A DNA stretch of 32,000 nucleotides. It comes from Candidatus Jordarchaeales archaeon. Lineage in GTDB: Archaea > Asgardarchaeota > Jordiarchaeia > Jordiarchaeales > Freyrarchaeaceae. Below, piece after piece: positions 25,635 to 32,000 of the stretch. The position numbers and the translations under genes are program-made. Each line of letters opens with the position of its first letter. Positions within the stretch are counted from its first letter, which is position 1. Under the pieces are notes generated by a model. The model was given only the letters and a program-made list of their open reading frames with translations. It had not been told where the DNA came from and ran no database searches. The DNA lies in assembly GCA_038889235.1 (NCBI GenBank), contig JAWAHN010000001.1, positions 974,499-1,006,498 on the forward strand, given 5' to 3'.

Positions 25635-25802
25635 TTAAAGCCGTCCCTGCTGACCAACAGGTTTACCTAAAATAACCCTCCGCACATAGTTCTTTCTATT
25701 CCTAACTCTCGGAATAACGGGCGGCCTTTCTTTCCTAGGAACCTTCGGCGTCTGGTTTCTAACCTTTCCCGCTTTAGTTAAGCTTCCATGTGACCCAGGC
25801 AC
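25635..25802 (-). CDS. rps30e: 30S ribosomal protein S30e (eS30), 55 aa, missing from the ORF track
   Basis: GTG start; [43 protein letters not shown] carries the [15 protein letters not shown] signature. Confidence 0.95.
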   Translation of the reverse strand: MPGSHGSLTKAGKVRNQTPKVPRKERPPVIPRVRNRKNYVRRVILGKPVGQQGRL

Positions 25803-25941
25803 CTATCTTCCACCCCTTTCCCGTTTTTCATCCTAATTTTCCCAGGAAACTAATTAAATATTTTTCTACAATCTTGTTGCATTTTTCTTTCGAGAAATAT
25901 CGATAAATGCAGATGAAAGAATAAATAAAAACAAATGAGTG

Positions 25942-27315
25942 CTATTTCTTCTTTATTTTCCTCGCTATAACTTCAGCAACTAATGTTATTTCACTCCATG
26001 TTGGGCAGCTTATCGGCGCATAGCACGTCTCAAGCCACTCTAACTGTTCTACATTCATGTTTGCTTGCATAGCTGCAGCTATTATGTTTATCTTCTGGTG
26101 TATGTCTTCGTATCCGACAATTTGTGCTCCAAGTATTCTGCCTTTTTCATCCGCCATCATTTTTATCTTTAACGGCTTCCCGCCGGGCATGTATTCTGGC
26201 TTGCTCGAATACGTCATTTTGCCTACTATTGGTTTTAGTCCTGCTTTTTCCAAAGTCTCTGTAAGAGGCCCTACAGCCGCCACTTCTACCCCAAAAACTT
26301 TCGTTATCCTTGTAAGCAAGATTCCTTTAGGCATCTCGGCATCTCCGCCAGCAGCGTTTATTCCGGCGACTTTGCCTTGCCTAACTGCTATGGTGCCCAT
26401 TCCTACTGCTATCGGTTGACCAGTTACAAAGTCGACATACTCTGTACAGTCTCCGGCGGCATATATTCCTTCGACGTTAGTTCGTGCACGTGAGTCGACT
26501 TTTATGTATTTCGTGCTTCCCAGCGCCACTCCAGCTTTAACTGCTAACTCCGTGTTAGGTCTTACTCCTGCAGACACTACGACGAAGTCTGTGGGTATTA
26601 CTTCCTCCTCTCCGGTCGTCCTATCCTTTAAAACGGCTTTTTCGGCTTTATCTTCTCCTATTAGTTCTGTTACGGCAGTATTTGTGTATATCTTTACCCC
26701 GTGCTCTTTAAGAGCGTTCTCCACCATGTCTGACATATCGGCGTCTACCATTAATGGGAGGACACTAGGAAGGAATTCCACGAGAGTTACGTCCACTCCG
26801 AGCTCAACTAAGGCCTCTGTTGTTTCTACACCTATAAGTCCTGCACCTATAACAACACACTTTTTCCCTTTTTTTGCCGCCTCATGGATGGCCATGGCGT
26901 CATCTATAGTTCTCAGAGAGTAAACGTTCTTTTTTCCTTCTATCCCCTTTATAGGCGGAAAAGCAGGCCTCGACCCGGTAGCTATCACCAGAGCATCATA
27001 CTCTAATTTTTTCTCTTCCTTGCTTCGTAAGTCTTTGACTGTTACTGTTCTATTGGAAACGTCTATGTCTGTGGCTTCTGTCTCTAAAAGCAGGTTCATC
27101 TTCCCAAAACTTGAATACCATCCTGCGTCATGAGTTATTAAGTTCGTGAACTCTGGAATATATTTCGAAATGGTGTATGGAAGACCGCACCGGGAGTATT
27201 CTGGGTATTTTTCTTTGGTTACTAATGTTATTTCCGCCTTCCTGTCAGTTTTTCTCGCCCATATGCCTGCCGTAGTTCCAGCTGCTCCCGCTCCAATAAT
27301 AACTATTTTCGTCAA
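25942..27315 (-). CDS. NADH oxidase / CoA-disulfide reductase family flavoprotein (start probably TTG 27315)
   Basis: GAGAAG, redox Cys in YSRCGLPY, IATGS, GAGLIGVE, YAAGDC, CYAP. Confidence 0.9.
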   Translation of the reverse strand: MTKIVIIGAGAAGTTAGIWARKTDRKAEITLVTKEKYPEYSRCGLPYTISKYIPEFTNLITHDAGWYSSFGKMNLLLETEATDIDVSNRTVTVKDLRSKEEKKLEYDALVIATGSRPAFPPIKGIEGKKNVYSLRTIDDAMAIHEAAKKGKKCVVIGAGLIGVETTEALVELGVDVTLVEFLPSVLPLMVDADMSDMVENALKEHGVKIYTNTAVTELIGEDKAEKAVLKDRTTGEEEVIPTDFVVVSAGVRPNTELAVKAGVALGSTKYIKVDSRARTNVEGIYAAGDCTEYVDFVTGQPIAVGMGTIAVRQGKVAGINAAGGDAEMPKGILLTRITKVFGVEVAAVGPLTETLEKAGLKPIVGKMTYSSKPEYMPGGKPLKIKMMADEKGRILGAQIVGYEDIHQKINIIAAAMQANMNVEQLEWLETCYAPISCPTWSEITLVAEVIARKIKKK

Positions 27316-27543
27316 TCTTCGTTTCCTCCCAATTTTTAAATTCAAGGTTTCATCGATAGCATTTAACTAAAAAATGTTATGTTTCTCTTTTCCACTCAAG
27401 TAGATGGCGAAAAATAGCTAACTTAAATTATCAACTATAACTTGCCGAACTTTGTGCAAGTCTTCATACATCAAGGGAAAAATATAATATTGCTGGCTAG
27501 TTTTTCATTCATGTTTCCCTTGAGTGGTTGTCTCCCTATCAGT

Positions 27544-28749
27544 TTACTTTAGACCTTTAGCTGAAACTATCTTGATTATGTCTCTGTCTTTTAATTCATA
27601 ATCCTCTGGAAGGCGCTGTTTGGTTCGTGCATCTATGGCATAAATGAAGGTTTCTCCTAGTTCTGTGTGGATTTTGTAAGCTAACTCTTTCACAGTAGTC
27701 CCTTTTGGAACGAGCAACGCGTCTGGAAGAACGTTCCCTTTATGGTCTGTAAGCTTGTTTACGTCCTCTATAGGGTAAACTGTTATCATCCTGAGTGTTT
27801 CGAAAACTGCTTTGTTTAGTGTTTCTTGGACTCCAGTTGAACCGTAAACGCGGAGTATCTCTTCCCTTATCTTTTCTAATAATTCTTTCTGTTTTTCAGT
27901 TATTCTTTCAGAAAGTAGTCTAAAATCACTGTCTCCAGGAAGATACTCTATTATTTTCTCTTTTACGAGGCGTTTTAAAAAGTACTCTGCAAGTGCACTA
28001 GCAGGAACAAAATCTATATTCTGCTTTCTAAGTCTCTCTACGTTCTTCCTGGCGGTTTTTTTGTCTATCTTGTTTAGGCAGATAACAATAGGTTTTGCCA
28101 TAACCCTTAATTGGTGAGCGAAAAGGTACAACTCCTCATCACTCCATCTACTCGGCTTCGCCGTGTCAAAACCGCTAACTTTAATCGCTGCTTTTATGTG
28201 TGATCGTTTTATAGAAAGACCAGCAAGTTTCTCGGTGAGTACCTCTTCTAGTGGTTTAGCCCCTGACTCAACCTGTTTAACTATTTTTTGCCAGTCCCTC
28301 GCAATCACTTGTTTAGTCCACATGTCTATTTCTCTCTCAAGGAACTCTATGTCTTTAACAGGATCCCATGCTCCCTCCTCCAAAATTCTACCTTCAGCAT
28401 CGGTACTGCCTGACGCGTCAACCACATGAATTAACACATCAGCCCTTCTAAGTTCGTCGAGGAATTGGTTTCCAAGTCCTCTGCCTTTCCATGCATCTGG
28501 AACTAATCCAGCTACATCCAGCAGCTTTACTGGAATGAAGCGATTGCCTTTTATACAAATGGAGTTCCGAGGGTTATCCTTCACCCCTAACTCTTCGCAA
28601 ACGCACTTAACTCTAACATGCCCCGTTCCAGGCTGAGGCTCTATAGTTGTAAAAGGATAATCCGCAACCTTATACTCCGTGCCACTTGCCGCATTAAGAA
28701 ACGTAGTTTTTCCAGAGTTAGGCTTTCCCACTATACCTATTAGCATCAC
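27544..28749 (-). CDS. ychF: YchF/Obg-family P-loop NTPase with TGS domain
   Basis: GKPNSGKTT, YPFTTIEP, DVAGLV, GLGNQFLDELR, NKID, IHTELG. Confidence 0.93.
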   Translation of the reverse strand: MMLIGIVGKPNSGKTTFLNAASGTEYKVADYPFTTIEPQPGTGHVRVKCVCEELGVKDNPRNSICIKGNRFIPVKLLDVAGLVPDAWKGRGLGNQFLDELRRADVLIHVVDASGSTDAEGRILEEGAWDPVKDIEFLEREIDMWTKQVIARDWQKIVKQVESGAKPLEEVLTEKLAGLSIKRSHIKAAIKVSGFDTAKPSRWSDEELYLFAHQLRVMAKPIVICLNKIDKKTARKNVERLRKQNIDFVPASALAEYFLKRLVKEKIIEYLPGDSDFRLLSERITEKQKELLEKIREEILRVYGSTGVQETLNKAVFETLRMITVYPIEDVNKLTDHKGNVLPDALLVPKGTTVKELAYKIHTELGETFIYAIDARTKQRLPEDYELKDRDIIKIVSAKGLK

Positions 28750-28852
28750 TTAACCTCCCCTTTCTCCCTAAAAATTCTCACCGAAGGGCCCAAGGTCACC
28801 AGGTTTCTTGGCTGAAAACTCCTTTCTCAAGCCAAGATACAGCACTTTCAAT

Positions 28853-29170
28853 CTAGAAATTGTTTCTATACTCTTTTTCGAAGAACCCCCACGAGATTTT
28901 ACTTCCAAAAGACCGCAACCCTTTTTCCTTCAACTGCTTAAGTATCTGCGCAGCATATTCTTCGGTGATTTCCCCCCTTTTCCTCAGGTACTCTATGATC
29001 TCTAGTGCCTGCTCTTCATTGTCGCATCTTCGTAGCAGCCTAACGACGTCTATATCCTTTATTTCACAAGTCCTTATACCCCTTATCGGAATCCTTATCC
29101 CTTCTGCTTCTTCGAGTTCTTTTGCAAGATGGGGGAACTCCTCCCTAAACCTCTTTCTGTCGTACTCCAT
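28853..29170 (-). CDS. DUF2095-like conserved archaeal protein
   Basis: FREEFPHLAKEL, DVVRLLRRC..EEQALEIIEYL..RGEI, GLRSFG. Confidence 0.7.
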   Translation of the reverse strand: MEYDRKRFREEFPHLAKELEEAEGIRIPIRGIRTCEIKDIDVVRLLRRCDNEEQALEIIEYLRKRGEITEEYAAQILKQLKEKGLRSFGSKISWGFFEKEYRNNF

Positions 29171-29296
29171 TAGTCGACGCCTCTATCATTTCTTACTAAT
29201 ATTCTGGTTTTTCGAACTTAAAATAATTAGGTTTTAGAATACAATTTTTTCAAATATTAGCACAAAACTTAATATTATAATTCAATAATTTATTTT

Positions 29297-30907
29297 TCAG
29301 CAATTACAAACCATGCACTCTTTACAGTGACTGTAAGGTGGTGTCCACACCTCTTCTTTAGCTCTTTCCCACTCTTTCACTAAAAAACTCTTGTTAACTC
29401 CTACATCAATTATCTCCCACGGATACTCTTTATCAGGATCTTTTAACTCATGTACGTAATCAATTCTAACTCTACTTTCCTTAAGTGCACGTCTCCAGGC
29501 CCCAAGCCCTCCACCGTAAATCGCTGCCAATTCTATCACCTGCCCGACCTCTTTTCCCCCTAACGATAAGATCGCTTCAATCAAAGCCCTCCTTGGGTCC
29601 TCTCCCTCGATAACTACGCCTCCAATCTTTGCTTGCTTTCTTACTTTCTCTTTCTTGTTTCTGAGCGTTGGAAGCGTATTCATCGGAGCCCAGGAGAAGG
29701 GCGTGTGCGGTTTTGGGACAAATGGATTTAAGTCTATTTTTAACTTTCCTCTCATACCTTTTCTAACCATTTTACCAGTAATTTTTGCGATAGCTTCTAC
29801 GTCTTCATCGCTTTCGTAAGGAAGCCCAATCATAAAATACGCTTTCAAATTGAAGCCACGTTCTAGTATCCTTTCAGCAGTGGAGATTACTTCATCGTCT
29901 GAAAACGGCTTATTTATCCTTCTTCTCATGCTTTCAGTTCCTGCTTCGGGAGCTATTGTAATCGTACGTTGCCCTCCCTTCATCAAGGCTTCTAGTAGTT
30001 CGTCTGTTATCGTGTCTATGCTCAAAGAAGGTAATGATATTTCAAAGCCAGCGTTTACTGCTTCCCAGCAAAGATCAACTATATCTAACCCTGCCATTGA
30101 AGACGCTATAAAAGTGATTTTTTGCACGCCGCTTTGCTTCACCCCTTCATCCATAAGCTTCCTAAGAACTTCCTTACTTCTAGTACGCCTAGGCCTCCCT
30201 ATGAAACCTATTAAACAAAATCTGCACCCTCTTTCACACCCTCTAGCAACTTCTAAGAGGAAGGTTCTCCCGAAAACGGGGGCGAGCCTCTCCCCTCCAG
30301 CCGGAACCACCTGCCTAATTGGATAGAAGACGTTTTCAATAGATTTACACCACACTCTTCTAACTTTCTCCCCATCATTAAAAGCTGGTGTATAGATCCC
30401 CTCTATGTTTGACAGTGCTTCTATGCATGCTTCCCTATCTCTCTCTTCAATGCATATGTCCGCCAACTTGTCTGCCAGAATTTCTCCGTCACCAACCACA
30501 AAAACGTCGACGAAATCCGACAGCGGCATTGGATTTTCAGTAGCGCAAACCCCTCCGGCAACGATTAATGGATCATCCTCACTTCTTTCACTTCTCCTAA
30601 CAGGTATTTTTGAATCGATGAGCATTCTTACCATATTCACGTAGTCCTCTTCGTATTGAAGAGAAAAACCAATTACGTCGAACTCACTTAACCTTAAACC
30701 TGACTCGACGCTCCTAGGCTCTCCCTCAAAAGTATAAAAGAACCTCTCGCATGCAACATCGTCTCTGGAGTTTAGAAGAGCGTAGATTAAGCGGAAACCC
30801 AAAGAGGACATGCCAACAGCATAGGTGCTAGGGTAGCATAATGCAAATTTTAAATCTACTTTGCGGTGGTCTTTTCTAACTAAATTGTATTCTTTCATTT
30901 TGACCAA
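29297..30907 (-). CDS. Radical SAM protein with N-terminal B12-binding-like domain
   Basis: YPSTYAVGMSSLG, IVAGGVCA..NP, EVARGCERGCRFC, APEAGTE, YFMIGLP, FVPKPHTPF; C-terminal Cys cluster. Confidence 0.9.
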   Translation of the reverse strand: MVKMKEYNLVRKDHRKVDLKFALCYPSTYAVGMSSLGFRLIYALLNSRDDVACERFFYTFEGEPRSVESGLRLSEFDVIGFSLQYEEDYVNMVRMLIDSKIPVRRSERSEDDPLIVAGGVCATENPMPLSDFVDVFVVGDGEILADKLADICIEERDREACIEALSNIEGIYTPAFNDGEKVRRVWCKSIENVFYPIRQVVPAGGERLAPVFGRTFLLEVARGCERGCRFCLIGFIGRPRRTRSKEVLRKLMDEGVKQSGVQKITFIASSMAGLDIVDLCWEAVNAGFEISLPSLSIDTITDELLEALMKGGQRTITIAPEAGTESMRRRINKPFSDDEVISTAERILERGFNLKAYFMIGLPYESDEDVEAIAKITGKMVRKGMRGKLKIDLNPFVPKPHTPFSWAPMNTLPTLRNKKEKVRKQAKIGGVVIEGEDPRRALIEAILSLGGKEVGQVIELAAIYGGGLGAWRRALKESRVRIDYVHELKDPDKEYPWEIIDVGVNKSFLVKEWERAKEEVWTPPYSHCKECMVCNC

Positions 30908-31013
30908 AAACCACCCTTACACTGGCAAAACTTTAGCAAAGTACTGAGAAATATTCCACAGTTAAGATTACATCGCATCAGTAAGTTTAAGAACTTTCCT
31001 TTCAACACATTCT

Positions 31014-31057
31014 TTTACAAAACAAACGTAAAAAAGTAGTAAAGAAAAAGAGTTTTT
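31014..31057 (-). terminator. U-rich tract after the actin stop, possible archaeal terminator
   Basis: Minus-strand CTCTTTTTCTTTACTACTTTTTTACGTTTGTTTTGT immediately downstream of TAG. Confidence 0.4.
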
Positions 31058-32000
31058 CTAGAAGCATCTGTGAATTACTCCTACGCCTCCCTCTTGATAC
31101 TCTTTCTTTGTAACCCACATCTTCTGGAACGTCCTTAACGAAGCTAATATTGATCCTCCGATCCAGACACTATATTGTCTCTCGGGCGGCGCAATTATCT
31201 TTATTTCAACATTTTCTGGAACTAGCTCTGATATCTCTTTGTGCAATCTTTCCTTTAAACCTGGAAACATTGTTGAGCCGCCTGAAAGGACTATGTTAGC
31301 GTATAACTCTCTTCTCAAGTCGATGTCGCACTTCTTAATAGTCTCGACTATTGCTTCATCTAGCGGCGGTGCATCTAATCCGATAACTCCCGGGTTGAAG
31401 AAGACTTCTGGTGCTAGGAATCTCTCGGCACCAATAGTAATAGTTTCGCCATCAGGTAGTACGTATGTTTTTTCTATGCCTGAAACTTTCTCTGCAAGTT
31501 TGAGCTCCTTTTCAGGGTCCAATGCCACATAGCAGAGCTTTTCCTTAATGTCCCTGACTATTTCTCTTTCAGCTGTTGAAACGAAGCTGTAACCGCGTTG
31601 TCTTAGGAGCCTTCGCAAGTACTCAGTTATATCCCTCCCTGCAAGATCTATCCTGGTAATGGCGTGTGTTAACGCGAAACCTTCATAGATTGGAACTATG
31701 TGTGTTACTCCATCTCCCGAGTCTACCACTAGACCCGTTGTCCTTCCAGACGCATAGAGCGAGAGAACAGCTTGCATTGCAACATATATAGCCGGTGTAT
31801 TAAATGTTTCAAACATTATTTCAGCCATTTTTTCCCTGTTTTCACGCGGGTTCAGCGGCGGCTCCGTTAGTAATACAGGGTGCTCTGAAGGGTCGACTCT
31901 CAAGTCGTTGAAGAACGTGTAGTGCCAGATTTTTTCCATAGCATCCCAATCTGTAACTACACCATGCTCTATTGGGTAAACTAACCTGAGTACTCCTCGC
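31058..32000 (-). CDS. Eukaryote-like actin (Lokiactin-type), 5'-partial
   Basis: [84 protein letters not shown]-terminal HRCF. Confidence 0.97.
   Translation of the reverse strand, partial: RGVLRLVYPIEHGVVTDWDAMEKIWHYTFFNDLRVDPSEHPVLLTEPPLNPRENREKMAEIMFETFNTPAIYVAMQAVLSLYASGRTTGLVVDSGDGVTHIVPIYEGFALTHAITRIDLAGRDITEYLRRLLRQRGYSFVSTAEREIVRDIKEKLCYVALDPEKELKLAEKVSGIEKTYVLPDGETITIGAERFLAPEVFFNPGVIGLDAPPLDEAIVETIKKCDIDLRRELYANIVLSGGSTMFPGLKERLHKEISELVPENVEIKIIAPPERQYSVWIGGSILASLRTFQKMWVTKKEYQEGGVGVIHRCF

Noticed and set aside
1017-31532. Numerous antisense or overlapping ORFs in the track (e.g. 1930-2418, 2454-2888, 3555-4109, 9562-10029, 16651-17001, 17049-17480, 29850-30326)
   Set aside because: Shadows of well-supported genes or tRNAs on the opposite strand, with Ser/Phe-rich non-protein-like composition.
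1-32000. CRISPR arrays, rRNA genes, IS elements, C/D box sRNAs
   Set aside because: No repeat-spacer periodicity, rRNA-like sequence, transposase ORF or convincing intergenic C/D box pair was seen by eye.

Overview
Gene-dense, housekeeping-rich archaeal window, most likely from an Asgard archaeon: it carries a eukaryote-like actin, a Rab-like GTPase, MIT-domain Vps4 and an ESCRT-II Vps25 homologue. Other content is class I LysRS (5'-partial), a CDP-alcohol phosphatidyltransferase, an ECF transporter module, the proteasome/exosome superoperon (psmA-SBDS-rrp4-rrp41-rrp42-rpl37ae-Brix-pcc1-pfdB-DUF3194-DHH), elf1, pyrH, a serA-like gene, rps30e, an NADH oxidase-like gene, ychF and a radical SAM gene. 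The key observation is a Rab-like GTPase gene (21589-22181) that looks broken in the ORF track. It is exactly restored to a 172-aa protein by removing two short hairpin inserts (44 nt in the P-loop codons, 30 nt in the switch-I codons), whose ends fit bulge-helix-bulge (BHB) tRNA-endonuclease cut geometry. The two tRNA genes carry five similar inserts at non-canonical positions (three in tRNA-Leu(CAA); two in tRNA-Ser(UGA), one of them uncertain), giving an internal calibration. This suggests tRNA-type, endonuclease-dependent pre-mRNA splicing of a eukaryotic-signature gene. All family calls come from motif recognition by eye; no database searches were run and splicing is predicted, not demonstrated.
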